Of a stretch of 64,000 nucleotides of DNA, positions 1 through 12,438 are shown one piece after another. Positions within the stretch are counted from its first letter, which is position 1; each line of letters opens with the position of its first letter. The notes under the pieces were generated by a model, which was not told where the DNA came from, did no database searches, and saw only the letters and a program-made list of their open reading frames with translations. Where the stretch lies: the NCBI GenBank assembly GCA_002189035.1, contig NEEC01000004.1, positions 1,736,001 through 1,800,000 of the forward strand, written 5' to 3'. A program made the position numbers and the translations under genes. The stretch is from Utricularia gibba. Taxonomy: Eukaryota > Plantae > Magnoliophyta.

Positions 1-777
1 TTTTCAAGATTGTTCTCATTGGTGATTCGGCTGTTGGAAAATCAAATTTGCTGGCCAGATTTGCCAGAGACGAGTTTTATTCGAATTCGAAATCCACAAT
101 AGGGGTTGAGTTTCAGACTCAGAAGATGGTAATCAACGGGAAGGAAGTCAAGGCACAAATCTGGGACACAGCCGGCCAGGAGCGGTTTCGAGCAGTTACA
201 TCTGCATATTATCGAGGTGCAGTTGGAGCCCTTCTTGTCTATGACATTAGCAGACGCAAAACGTTTGAAAGTGTGGGAAGATGGCTGAATGAGCTTCAAA
301 GTAAGCAATCTTTCTTCTTTCCTTTTCCTCTGCTGTGTCTGCTTTTTTTAACTCCGAGAAGTTAGCATAATACAAAGCCTGCAGTTTTGTTGTTTTTTAT
401 CAGTTATATGGTGCATGTATCCAACTAGTTTCCCTTGAACAGCCCACTCGGACATGAACGTGGTAACAATACTGGTGGGCAACAAGACCGATCTGAAGGA
501 TGCTCGGGAGGTGACAACAGAGGAAGGCAAGAGCTTAGCTGAAGCACAGAGTCTGTTCTTCATGGAAACCTCGGCCCTGGATTCATCCAACGTGGCTGCT
601 GCGTTTCAAGTAGTGGTGAGAGAGATCTACGACATTCTCAGTCGAAAAGTGATCCAATCTCAAGAGCTGAAGGGTAAAGAAGCTGGATGGTTGGGGGATG
701 GGAAAACGGTAGTTTTGCAGGCTGATGCGAATCAGGATACAGATGGAGAAAGCAGGGAAGGTAGATGCTGTTCCTGA
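1..777 (+). CDS. RABA5: Rab GTPase, RabA5 (Rab11) subclass; 5' end outside window; exons <1..300, 443..777
   Basis: [40 protein letters not shown] and ETSA G-motifs. GT..AG intron 301-442 joins Q-T-H-S-D-M-N in frame. C-terminal CCS prenylation motif. Confidence 0.95.
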
Positions 778-834
778 TATGGAGGAGGCGTGAAGAATTC
801 AATTGCTTTTTCCCTTTGGTCGCAGTCATATGCT

Positions 835-862
835 GTCTCTCTCTCTCTCTCTCTCTCTCTCT
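835..862. repeat. (CT)n microsatellite in the RABA5 3' UTR
   Basis: About 14 CT units seen directly. Confidence 0.95.
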
Positions 863-1252
863 ACATTGGTTCTTCCTTCATTGTACGCCAGTTCAGGCAT
901 TCAAACTAGCTGGAGCTCTGTGTATGTATATCAGCCCACCGTTTTCTTCCATTCCTTCCAGAGTGCAGAGCCATACGAACATGCATACATACATACATCT
1001 TGAAAGGGAGAAGACGTATTCTTGAGCTGTGAGTTGCTACTGCTACACGGAAGCAATTATTTTTCTAACTTGTTCTGATAACTCGACAAGGATTGGTATT
1101 GATGCCGGTCAAAGCGCCGCGCAGTGGTTGTCGTCTCGAAATCTCCAGCGTCCATACAACAACGACGACTTGTTCTTTTCTATCATTTCATCCACCCAAC
1201 ACCCACACACACCCGCTTGGGTGTCTGCGTGTCATCGTTTTCTCTGGTTCAG

Positions 1253-1260
1253 TATAAAAA
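1253..1260 (+). promoter_or_regulatory. TATA box of the At1g76070-like gene
   Basis: TATAAAAA about 45 nt upstream of the ATG at 1298, favouring 1298 over 1268 as the start. Confidence 0.5.
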
Positions 1261-1297
1261 TACATGAATGAGCTTCGAAGTTGCAAGATCAGCGACC

Positions 1298-1900
1298 ATG
1301 GAGAATAAACACAAGTTTTTCTACCAAAGGCTTTATCCTTCCAGTGCCGCCTCTCGCCGGAGAGGAACAAACGCCACCGCGAGAAAATCCACGTCACTAT
1401 CGGCTTCTCCGGCGCTAATCCCCTCGACGATACCTCACCGGAGATCGGCCAGATTTCCGGTGGAGCAAGAACCTAGTTCCCCGAAGGTGTCCTGCACCGG
1501 CCGGGTCAAGCCCAGAAAGAAGAAAAAAACCAACAGAAATGGCAATAGCAATAAGAAGGAGCCATCGTGGTTCAGTCTGGTGTTCCGGCTACAGAAGAAG
1601 AAGAAACAGATGCCATCTCCACGCGCGCCGCCGCCGCAAGATCAGGATTTCGAGCCCCCACGACTGAGTCACTTGAAGAAATTCGCCAGCGGCCGTGATT
1701 CATTGGCCGGATTCGACTGGAGAAACGTGGAGACACACTCCCCGGAGACGCGCCCAGGAGATGGCGGAGATGCCGTCATCATTCCGTTTTCGGCCCCGGT
1801 GTCCGGAAACCGCCGAGTCGGCTCGCAATCGGAGCTCAGAAATGACATAAATTTGCAGGAAAGACGAACTATGGTCCAGCCCGAACCCCCCTCCATTTGA
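1298..1900 (+). CDS. Uncharacterised plant protein, At1g76070-like / syringolide-induced 14-1-1-like; intronless, about 200 aa
   Basis: Family motifs EPSSPKVSCTGRVK, LKKFASGR, VIIPFSAP and C-terminal INLxxRRTM. An upstream in-frame ATG exists at 1268. Confidence 0.8.
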   Translation: MENKHKFFYQRLYPSSAASRRRGTNATARKSTSLSASPALIPSTIPHRRSARFPVEQEPSSPKVSCTGRVKPRKKKKTNRNGNSNKKEPSWFSLVFRLQKKKKQMPSPRAPPPQDQDFEPPRLSHLKKFASGRDSLAGFDWRNVETHSPETRPGDGGDAVIIPFSAPVSGNRRVGSQSELRNDINLQERRTMVQPEPPSI

Positions 1901-2114
1901 ACACGTGAGAATCATGTCACAAATTTCTCACTATTTTTAGACAAATCCTATGTTCTTCTTCATCATTCTTGAGTTGCAGTACACTCCTCTAACTCAAAAT
2001 CGAGGCTATGCTAATCTAACATCACATCGGAACTTGAAATTACAGGAAATTTCTCGACAAGCAATAAGTACTCTTCGTCTACACACTCTGTAGCATTGTG
2101 ATGACCCCATTTCT

Positions 2115-3789
2115 TCAGCTTTCTTCAGAATCTTCATCCAATCTGCGAGCCCGTTCTCCCTGCCTCGCTTCCAGTTTCACCATAGTCACAAGCACGCACG
2201 ATCCGGCGTGACTTCCATAGAGCCGCTCCCGGTGGAGCCAGAGAGTATCCCACAAGGCATCGTACAGTTGAACCTCCCCTCGCCCCTGTCGGAGTACCAT
2301 CAGAATGAAAGGAACTCAAGATGGTGGAAATAAGTTGCATTTTTGGCTTACTTTGGAGCTTTTCAGCGCCTTCTGAACCACGTAGTTCCCGGAACTATGG
2401 ATCGCGAGGCCGAGCAGCGTCCCGGGTGTCGTTGTGATCTCATCTACGACTAGCCTTAGTCCGGTTACTGAAGACTCGATGACTTTCTCCACGACATGGC
2501 TGCTGCTGATTGCACTCGAGAGAAACACGAATGTGCCTTCAAGTTTGCTGTATATGATGTTGTTGATGTCGTCTTGGTTGAGGGATAATACGTAGCTGAC
2601 AATGTAGTTCCTGATAACAAAAAAACATCTCAGAATCAAAACAGGGAGTTTGCGGCAGAGGTCGATGAATGGGGGTTCGATTTGTTACCCGAATGGGTCG
2701 TGAACGAGGAAATCAGATGCTGCTGCAAGTTCATTGAGGAAGAGGACTCTTATTGCGCCTGAGATTCTGCTTAGGATGTCTTCTTGTATCAGCTTGGAGC
2801 CATCCTTGTAGACGCTGATAGTCCTGAAATGCCTTACTGCTTGTTCAAAGAGTATCTGCGGAATCAAAAACAGAGTTTTCCGTCGATCAGGAGACGCCGT
2901 GATGCGTTCATGAGTAGACTCAGGTACCTGATTGGGGCCACTCCCGAATGTCTTTAAGCACTCCTTGATGACTTTCTTGATCCTGTAATTCGTTCCCACC
3001 TGTGTGAAGGCTTCGGCCATGATGCTTGTGATTGTATAGGCTCTTGGGGAATTCCTAAGCTTTCTGATAAGGCAGCATATCGTGGTTGATCTGCAGAGAA
3101 AGAACAGGGGATCTCAAGTTAGTGTAATGATCTTGATCAAACAGTTGTCGGCTTCGCACCGGCACCCACCGTCCTTCGCCTCGTGCTGCTTGGAGAAAGG
3201 AGTATGGGCAAGAAAGCATTGCGGAAGCCAGTCTATCCAACTGGATGCCGGTGCAAGTGCGAATCTTGTCGTCGAGGAGATGAATATTCGTCTCCGATTC
3301 GTCTGTCAGGATACTCAAAACGATGCTCGGAGATGGGAGAGAGTCATCATCTTCCTCTGACCTCTCTGCCGGATGCGCCACCTGCTGCATCACATTGCTG
3401 ACGAAGAGACTCTGAGTGGGCTGCTGCTGCCATGGATCACCCAGCTGCTGCTGCGTCAGATTATTTCTCCGATGATATGGTATTTGATCCTGGCCGGAGT
3501 ATTGTATATATGCCGGTGGTGCGATCACGCTGTTGATTCCTACGCTCCTTCCTGGATCAATTCTCATGTTCTGCATCGGCGCATACAGAGCTTCAACACG
3601 TAGAATCGGGGAAGAACTTTGAGAACTATACGGCTGCTGCTCTATTGTCGAGTAGTTCCCCGGCACCACGGCCAGTGCATCTTCCCCAAAACATAACAGC
3701 GAATCCGCCGGAGGTAGAGATTCCGAAAAAGGATGATCTCCGGTGGTAGAAGCCTCATCAGAGGTGGAGTCATCACGGCAAGTCCTCAT
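2115..3789 (-). CDS. Divergent Pumilio/PUF RNA-binding protein (APUM12-like branch), 459 aa; exons 3789-3170, 3090-2928, 2855-2689, 2610-2352, 2285-2115
   Basis: PUF repeats DPFGNYIVSYVL, SSSHVVEKVI and SSGNYVVQKAL. Four GT-AG introns (79, 72, 78, 66 nt) give a continuous 1380-nt frame. First ATG is 3789; the ORF-track start at 3804 is TTG. Confidence 0.85.
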
Positions 3790-4468
3790 GACAGAAGAGC
3801 GCAACTGGTGTATGCGGACGAGACGAAGAAGCCGATGTATTTATATGGTTGCGAATTGGGCCGAAATTTGGAAACTTTTCGAATTCAGTTTGTGAGAATC
3901 TAATATATCTAAAAACAAGCATAGCTATTAAATAAGGAAGGTGAAGACTAGATGATATATATAAAAGATTATATGTATAATTATTATTTACTATTTTTCA
4001 AATATGTCAATAATTGAATAAAATCAAATTACAGATGAAATCTTATACCTGAATCCATGGGTTTGCGCGATCTAATCCAAAAAAATATGGACCTTGAAAA
4101 AGCAAAACTTCAAAGATATGACTCTTGAATACTATTCAGATTATAATTTTAATGATTAATTAATTAAATTTACGTTCTGAAGGTATATATAATCCTGTCG
4201 GTAGTTATTAGTGTTGACGTTAATTATTACAAAAAATACTCAAATTCTACAAAAAAGATTTCAAATATATGATTATCGAATAATATGAAAATTTCGATTT
4301 CTTTTTTGGTATTTGATGTAAAAACATCAAAATTCAAAAGCATATCCACAGGTAACTATATTGAACTCCATTTGGCATCTACGGGTAACACCAGAGATTC
4401 ACTATCTCATTTTATCCTAACAAGAGGACATGCATTTCAAAAGGGTACATGTAACTCGTATTGTTCAT

Positions 4469-6061
4469 CTATCTCCACGCAGAGCAAGTGGACATGGCCC
4501 TGTTCTTCCATCCGAGATACAGCCCACCATTCTCCTCCCACACCTTGTAATGGGGGCTGTACGCCCTCAGCAAATCCCGGACGGCGTAGCTGACGGCTGA
4601 ACTCAGCCGCACCTGAGAAAACTGGGCCATTCCTAATCTTGACCTCCACTTGCCAAACAGTTCGTGCCTCTCCTCACGTTCGACTCCCTCGCATGCGATG
4701 ATGTTCACCACATCTTTGGCTACGCAGTGCTCCTCTGTACTGATCCTCACTCTGTCCTCTCTCGACCGCCGTGCATCGATCGACTCGAACATGGCGGTGT
4801 AGTAGTCGAGGGTCTCACAGAACCTCGGGACGAAGGGAGAGGTGTTGGTGTTGGATTCCTGTTCAATGATGGTGACAATCTTGGGACGCAGGTGCTTCAC
4901 TAGTCGGAGGAGGCGATCCCGGTGGTTCTCGGTGGTTACACCCTCATCAGGCATGTGGTGCAGCACGTATGGGAAGTTGACAGCAAGGGCTTCTCCATTT
5001 CGGATATGGAGATTCTCCAATTGCACCTCGGTTCCACAGATAGCTGCATTATGAAACTCAAATGGCACTCCACATTTCTCTGCAACAATAGCTAGCCTCT
5101 GGCCAACAATCTCCAGTCCACCACCCCGGGCATAAGTCGACTGGGGGTCATCGACACCGGTTATGTGGACAGTCGGAGGGCCACCGGGCCTCAGGGAGAC
5201 TGACTGGATGAAGCTAATCCATTGGCTTCCTTGCGCAATCTGGAAATCAATGATGTGGATGCTGCTCTCATTCTCCATGGCTTCGTTGATGATGACGCTG
5301 GATGAAACATAGGCAAACTTGAAGTATGGGCAGATTTCATATATTACATGCATGTAGGACATTAGCTCAGAGCTGGAAGGATTGACGGGTTGGTTGCACC
5401 TCAGCTTCTTGTATAAAATGAATCCTGTCTGTAACAGTTTGGCTCTGATGCCCTCTAACATGTAGGCACCCAATCTCTGCAAGGGATCACCGGATACAGA
5501 AACTCTTTCCTCAATTAATTTCATCAACTCCTCAACAACCGCAGACCAACTCTGTCTACGTGATGAGGAGATGCTGTCAGCTTCCCCTACTACTTCAGCA
5601 CATGTAATGAGCAACTCCTTCAGGTCCTTTTCTTGTGCCATTTCCAATACTCTACTATACCTTGGGGACTCATCAGAATCAGAATCAGGGCCTTGCAAGG
5701 ATTGCATCATGTTGAATTCATCCTCGATTGTAGAACCAACGAGCCAACCTGAATCGGGTACGGCATTGTAAAACGAAAGTTGGTCTTCAGATACTAATGA
5801 ATAATGGGAACCATGGGGTGAAAAGGGGCTCCAACTCGAAGTGTTGCTCCCAATGGAAGGAGAACTATGGGTAAATACGCTAATCTCGTGAACTGATTCC
5901 AAAGTAGGATAATGTTCAGCATAAGACACTCCACTACCCTGGCTTCCACTCCGAGTGGTTGCAGCGTTAGAAAAACCATATGACTGAGTACGAGAGGGCA
6001 TAGGCTGGCTACAAAAACTCGGAAAACTAGAAGGTGGCTCCGTATCTTGCGACATAAGCAT
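4469..6061 (-). CDS. SCL13: GRAS transcription factor, PAT1/SCL13 branch; intronless CDS, about 530 aa
   Basis: SGDPLQRLGAYMLEG, ICPYFKFAY, IHIIDFQIAQGSQW, LHHMPDE, RHELFGKW and a terminal SAW motif. First in-frame ATG at 6061. Confidence 0.92.
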   Translation of the reverse strand: MLMSQDTEPPSSFPSFCSQPMPSRTQSYGFSNAATTRSGSQGSGVSYAEHYPTLESVHEISVFTHSSPSIGSNTSSWSPFSPHGSHYSLVSEDQLSFYNAVPDSGWLVGSTIEDEFNMMQSLQGPDSDSDESPRYSRVLEMAQEKDLKELLITCAEVVGEADSISSSRRQSWSAVVEELMKLIEERVSVSGDPLQRLGAYMLEGIRAKLLQTGFILYKKLRCNQPVNPSSSELMSYMHVIYEICPYFKFAYVSSSVIINEAMENESSIHIIDFQIAQGSQWISFIQSVSLRPGGPPTVHITGVDDPQSTYARGGGLEIVGQRLAIVAEKCGVPFEFHNAAICGTEVQLENLHIRNGEALAVNFPYVLHHMPDEGVTTENHRDRLLRLVKHLRPKIVTIIEQESNTNTSPFVPRFCETLDYYTAMFESIDARRSREDRVRISTEEHCVAKDVVNIIACEGVEREERHELFGKWRSRLGMAQFSQVRLSSAVSYAVRDLLRAYSPHYKVWEENGGLYLGWKNRAMSTCSAWR

Positions 6062-6241
6062 CTCAAGCACGAGCCCCAGAAGAATTTGATTGCCTTCTGT
6101 ATGAAAAAAAAGGCCAGAAGTTTTAGGTTTCTTTTTTATAAATACTGGAAACAGAATCGTGGCTGAAACAACTTCATTCACTCTATAAACCCAACGAATG
6201 ATACAAGCCTTGCAATTATTTGTATGAGAAAGCGGTGCAAT

Positions 6242-6774
6242 CTGCAAAAGAAAGGTTAAGAACCTCCATACTCAAATGAAAAAAATTTCGCCTCTTGTAT
6301 GCAGTAATCATAACCACTATCATAAGACACAATCTTACAAGTTTAAACGTAGATTATAAAAACAAATAGAAAGAGTCAACATTCCTCTAAAGTCTATTAC
6401 CTAATCCCTTGACTTTTAACTAACCTCACAAACATGAGCATTTCAAGAGCAACAACAGTAGACTGAACAGAGTATCGAAAAAGTCATCCAATCTTGATAA
6501 CAAAAGCGAATTGATCATAACCAGAAAACAGAAAACAGAAAACATCATCTACTTCAACCAAAAGTCAGTCTCAGACAACATCGCGTCAACTCCACGCGAG
6601 ATTTCAACTGAATTCATCGAGAAGATACGCAATCAACCAAAATAAAATCGATCAAATTCAAATTCAGAAACAAGAAAACTCTAGTCAACACTCGAAACAT
6701 CCGATCAACCTATCGTGGTGATGCTCGTAAACAAGAAACGAAAACAGCGACAAATTCATTGCTCCTTGGAGTAC
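6242..6774 (-). other. Probable 5' UTR intron of the GRAS gene (alternative acceptor at 6097)
   Basis: Minus-strand donor CAG|GTACTC at 6774; acceptors TTTTGCAG at 6242 and T-rich..TACAG at 6097. Confidence 0.5.
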
Positions 6775-9700
6775 CTGAAGCAGAGAACACTTATTGACAA
6801 TTAATTGACGCAGAAGAGAGAAAGAGAATCCAGTCACGATTTTCGTTGGGAATTTGAGAAAACCAACGATTTTATGGAACAGCGTCGTTCCTGGGCGGGA
6901 GGATAGTTACATGCCGTCGACTATTCCTCGCTTTTTGCCCTTGCTTTGTAGAATTATCACGTAAATGCCACTCAACATGTAGGGCCCCTCCCTACCGAGT
7001 ACAGAAATAACCTTAAATAATAAAAAAAAACAAATGCCTTGCCTTTGATTTTTTGGACGGAGAATTAATCCAATTGGCTTATTTATATTATTTATTTATT
7101 TAAAGCAATTTATGTCCCCATTAATTCATATATTTTTTAATAGACTAGACAACAAATCAACTCATCTATATGCTGCTGCTGATACCTAAATTAGGAGAGA
7201 GAATAGGTTTAGAAAACAGGTCATACAGCCCGTCGACAATGGCCCAATTCTGGAATGTATCTTGCAAACCAAGAACGGGCATGGGGCCCAATTTCGAAAT
7301 TTATCGGGCTTCTTCATATCCCACGTGAATTTCTAAATTTTCGTAGCAGGTGTTTAATGTGAGATAACGATGAGCATGCCGTGTAAATATAATTTATTGA
7401 TTTGAATTTTTTTTAATTTTTAAATAGTATAATTAAATTTATAAATGATTGAATTTATTCAATCTCTATTTTAGTAATTAAATAAAAGATTACTTAAAAA
7501 AATATAATATTTACTTTTTATTTTAAAAATTATTAAACTTTATAATTTATTTAATTAAATTCATAATATCATACAAAATATTTCTATAATTTTAAATTGA
7601 TTATATTTATATAATCTTAAAACTAATTCTATTTTATATAATATAAATCACAGACTCAAACTATAGAATATCTTATATAGATTTGAAGGAAGGATAAATG
7701 AAATATTTTGTTTGATATGTGATTTACCGTGAAAATAGGGATTTGATGATCCCATACCCCTCTCATAATATTATGAAAAACAATCTCTCTTTCATACTTT
7801 TAGTTAAATACGTAAATCTCGTCTTATTTAAATATTTTAATTAAATATATCATTTAAAAAATCAATTTCCTTCGCATTTATAACATTAGATAAATCATAT
7901 CCCATCTCATTTTTTACTTGAAACCAAATATGAAGTTAGATGATTTGAATTGAATATTCATAAAATTTTAAAAAAATGTGAAATTAATATTCCAAAGTAG
8001 GTCCACTGTGGTGGGTGATTATATTAGGATTCATTAAATTAAATATTTTTTATAAGTTATAATTATTTCTCACTTATTTAATATTTTTAATTGCCAATCC
8101 TAAGAGGGAGTTGTAATTGGAGAAGCTAATTATTTTAATAATAAACAAGATAAAAGCATCCTAGTCAATATTATTATATATGTAATTTAATCAGCTAAAT
8201 CAATTTAAAAAATGAACTCATGATTTCTAGTTGCAAATTGTCAATAGATTCAAAAATCAAACATGTATTAATTATTAAGAACTCATGTGGTAGAATATGA
8301 AATAATATTAATGATAAATAATATATGCTAATCAACCTATTTAATATAAAAATTAGATAATTAATTATTATTTTTATTTAAAACTTCATTTATAATGAAA
8401 TATAAATTCATCCAGTATGAAATGCACTTAGTTATTATCATTAATGAAAAATATAATATTATCCTTTTTCTTTTCAAAATATTTTTCTTTAACTATATAT
8501 TATGTAAATTTTATTAATGTTGTAAAAAAAGAATAAAAATTATTAAGTTTTTACTAAATATATGATAAATAATTTTTTCTATAAAATATATTTAGGCCAT
8601 TTATTTTTTTTTCGCAAATTAATGTTAATTATATTTAGTATCCATAAAATTAATAATAACATTTTAATAATATTTACACAAAAAAATCAAGCTGTAGTCC
8701 TTAAATGCTGACTGATCGCGCGTCTCAGTTTGTATTTAATGCGTCATAAATTTAGGGAAAAAGAAAAAAGTTTTCTAGTGTCATAATCACTGCCCCTGAC
8801 AAATCCCTAAATTCATTATATCTCCCAAAACTTTTGCTTTAATTATATCATTAAAACTTATAAAATATTATTGGAAAAATAACACTGGATTTATACAAGA
8901 ATTTTTTATTTCCAGTAAATGCGGAAATACCAAATTTGCAAGTGGGCTTTGGGAAATGGGCTCAGTTGTTTATTTAAGTATATGGTGTATGCGATCATAT
9001 AATTCACACGTGAAATGGTATTAGTGCACCAGAAATTTCGGGATTTGGTATGGTATTGGAATAAATGCAGAAGGGTCACCCCTGCTTGGACCAACCCCTG
9101 GCTGCTAAAATATTTCTGAAATTTTTTTATTATATTTAATTTTTGTGATAAAATATGGGAAGATCTTATCCGATCTCGGGATTATTTAATCTTTTCGTCT
9201 TGACAGCATCAGGCTGGTGGCTTCAGAGATCTGCGAGGTATGGGACGTGTATTGTGTCTGCTAATCAGCAGTATTCACTATAAAAAATATTATTCGACAT
9301 CTGGAGTGTGGAGTGGTGTCCTGGCATCCATTGTTTTGTTGGAAATGTGTTACTGTTGATGAACCAGAAATATGGTATGTGTCGGATATTGGGTGGAAAA
9401 AAAATTTTAAGTTAATGTGGGAAAGAAGATGTAAGATTCACCGTTTTTGTAAATGATCTGTTGCTGCAATAAGGGTTGTATACAGAGAGGCAGAATGCTA
9501 GTTGTTGTATCTATGTCGTTTTGTGGAGCTGAAAGTGTTGGATGCAGTCCTCTTGTGCAAGAGGAGGAGGCAACTGACGCGATATGAAGCTGTGAAGAGA
9601 GTAAGTGTGGGCTGTGATAGCCGTTGATGGTGTATGACTCTTGATGATGGTTTTGGCGATACCATCAAACCATCTATCCATCGCCCTTGACACATTCAAT

Positions 9701-9853
9701 GCTGCTCATAAATTTGCAGAAAGAGATCGGTGGCTCATTCTCACTCTCTCTCTCTCTCTCTTCAAAGCTAGCCACACCTATCCATCTGTCTATACTTTGA
9801 TTTGCATTGCATTCTCCCAAGAACAGAACAGCATCCAGAAGGAGAAGCTTGTA

Positions 9854-10712
9854 ATGGAGTATTTGGGTGTGGGGGTGAGCCCAGGGAATGTCCCAGTGTT
9901 TCACGGGGGGAACAATTTGAGAGGAGTGTTTGACAGAAGACTGATGGTTGCGGAGCTGGTTTTGAGGTGTTTGGTCTGTGGTTTAGCCTGTATTTCAACT
10001 TTCCTGATAACCACAGACACACAGAGGAAGGAGTTATTCGCTGTTGAGAAGAAGGCTCGCTTCACTGATGTCAAGGCTCTCATGTAACACCAGCACCCCT
10101 TCTTGTTTCAGTTCTCCTTTTTTCAAGGGTCTCTCAAGTGATGCTTCTGTGCAGCTTCCTGGTGATTGGGAATGCATTGGCTGCTGTCTACTCCCTGATG
10201 CACACCATTCGGTGCTGCTCCAATGTGATGAGCAAGAGCGTGGTTCTCAACAAGCCCTTGGCTTGGGTCATCTTCTCCGGAGATCAGGTACTCACTCCTC
10301 TTCCCTCCTACCAGCCGCCTGTTCTGGTGAGCCGAGCCTGCGCACGGCTCCGGTAGTCTTTCTTCTCTCTGTTAGATTTTGATTCGAGCTGCTAGTTGAG
10401 AACACAGATTACATGTTTGTATTCCAGAACCACATGAATTTGAGTCACTGAAACACAAGTGTAATAAGCCTGTGGTGGTTGCAGGCAATGGCGTACTTGA
10501 TATTTTGTGCTGTGGCGGCGTCGGTTCAGGCGGGTCTGATCTCCCAGATGGGGGAGCCGGCGATGCAATGGATGAAGACCTGCAACATGTTCAACAAATT
10601 CTGCAACCAAATGGAGGAAGGCATAGTGTGCTCTGTGATCATGTGCCTTCTCTTGCTCCTTTTATCCATCGTTTCCACCTTCGGTCTCTTCCGGTTGTAC
10701 GGCAAGCGCTGA
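9854..10712 (+). CDS. CASPL2B: CASP-like protein 2B, 196 aa; exons 9854-10083, 10155-10287, 10485-10712
   Basis: Start MEYLGVGVSPGNVPV, ELVLRCLVCG, KKARFTDVKAL, FSGDQAMAYL, QWMKTCNMFNKFCNQ. Two GT-AG introns give 591 nt in frame. Confidence 0.93.
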
Positions 10713-11704
10713 CGCCGGATCGGAGCCACCGCCACCGGATCCTTCCTACGACGTTGCTGGAACTGCCTTGCGCTTTTCCTTTTTAACTCAACAAGTCACA
10801 ACTTCTACTGTACATTGCAACAGCTTATTATTACTTCCATTCAAGGAACTCATCTCACCAAAAAAAACAATATATAGTTATTATGGTAATAAAATAATAT
10901 TTGCATTTCAAATTAAACATTAACAAATAACAGCTCACTAGTTAATTTTCTCAATAAAAAAGGAAATAATAGGGATATTCCAAGGAGAAATTGAGCTTGT
11001 GGTCATGGGCTATAAAGCCCATTAAAAACAAATTGTGGGCCCAGGCTTCCCTTTGGTGACCCCCCCTCCCCACAACATTTACATGTAAAAATCATTAATT
11101 TCAATAAATGGCCGGTGCCCAAGCCCAATTCAATTCACCTTCACTTTATTTGATGATGAATTGGATTTAATAATTTACCTAGAATATATTTGTAATTATA
11201 TTAATTTTAAATTAATTATAATTAATGAATAACATTAATCATATTTAAAAGTCATGCTCTTCTCCATTCAAAGTCCATAGCACCCTACTACGCTTGTTAT
11301 GGGCATGGTACCATGGGCTCTACGGGCATGTCTTATATAAGTCAGGTACTTGTGTGAATTTTAATTTTGAAATTACTAATAAAATTATATTTTAAAAAAA
11401 TAATTTGCAATATATTAAAAATATAGTTTGCAAAATTTTTTTATTAAAATATATTATGTTATATAAAAATAAGTTAATTATTATTTATTTAAAAATATTA
11501 ATTATAACATTCAAAATACGTCATTAATTAATTAGACAAAATATTAGTATAAATAATTACATTAAAACAGATTAAATTTTTAATATTTTTTATTTAAATA
11601 ATTATATATTTTTTTATCTAAATAATTATATTAAGTAAAATTTATGTTTTTTAATTCTTATAATATGAATTAAATAATATATATAACTAATAAAAAATTT
11701 GAAT

Positions 11705-12438
11705 AAAAAAGACCTATTTTGCAATTTTTTACAGAATAGGGTTTTATATGGCTCCATCGACGTTTTACCTTTGTCAGACTTATTACATTTGCATTTTACC
11801 CTATTTTTAACTTTTTTTTGAAAATTACGTTATGTTCGTCAACTATTTGTAAAATGCCTTACATTAATATTTAATTTATAAATTAAATCATAAAAAATAT
11901 AAATACACAAAACTTAATCTTTATTCAACTCATAATACTAAATCTGAAATTTAAAAATTTCATAATCTAAACCTAAAAATTTAAACTTAAAATCTAAAAC
12001 TTAAATTTGAAATCTTAAACCCTTAAATCTTAAATCACAAAACTAAATATCAAGTTCTAAAATTTAAACCTCAACTCTAAAATTTAAATCTGAAACTAAA
12101 AAAATTAAATCCCAATTAAAATCTTAAACCCTAAATCAGTAATCTTAAAAAATTGTGAAATCTTAAACCCTAAATTCTAAATCAGTAATCATAAAAATTA
12201 CTGATAAAATTATGAAAACTTAATATATAATATTCTTAAGTTATAAATACTAAATATTAAACTTTAAAATTGAACCCCTAAATTATAAATCCAAAAAAAA
12301 CATTCAAAAACGAAAAAATCATAAAGTAGGGTAAAACGCAAAGAACAACTTATTTTTTTGGTAATTTACAAATCTTTGCTATAACTAGGGTAAATGGCAA
12401 ATAAAATAAAAAAGTTCAGGTATTTAGGTCATTTCCCC
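11705..12438. mobile_element. Degenerate non-autonomous TIR element (Mutator-like) with internal telomere-like repeat tract
   Basis: TTTGCATTTTACCCTA (11788-11803) is a 15/16 inverted match to TAGGGTAAAACGCAAA (12327-12342). Outer GACCT (11711) and AGGTC (12426) are also inverted. No target-site duplication found. Confidence 0.45.
11940..12300 (+). repeat. Degenerate CCCTAAA-like heptamer tract with two exact telo-boxes
   Basis: AAACCCTAAA at 12126-12135 and 12165-12174, among many variants (aaacctaaaa, aaacttaaaa, aaacccttaaa). Confidence 0.7.

Noticed and set aside
2671-2682. GGTTCGA T-loop/B-box-like motif
   Set aside because: Inside a PUF intron with no cloverleaf or A-box; not a tRNA.
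3789-3808. TGACAGAAGAG, identical to the first 11 nt of miR156, antisense to the PUF start codon
   Set aside because: Position 12 and the last four positions mismatch, with two G:U pairs; too poor for a plant miRNA target, and no hairpin suggests a MIR gene.
9641-9853. Stop-free in-frame extension with ATGs upstream of CASPL2B
   Set aside because: No similarity to CASPL N-termini. It spans a TATA-like motif (about 9708) and a CT-repeat typical of a 5' UTR, so those ATGs are probably upstream of the TSS.
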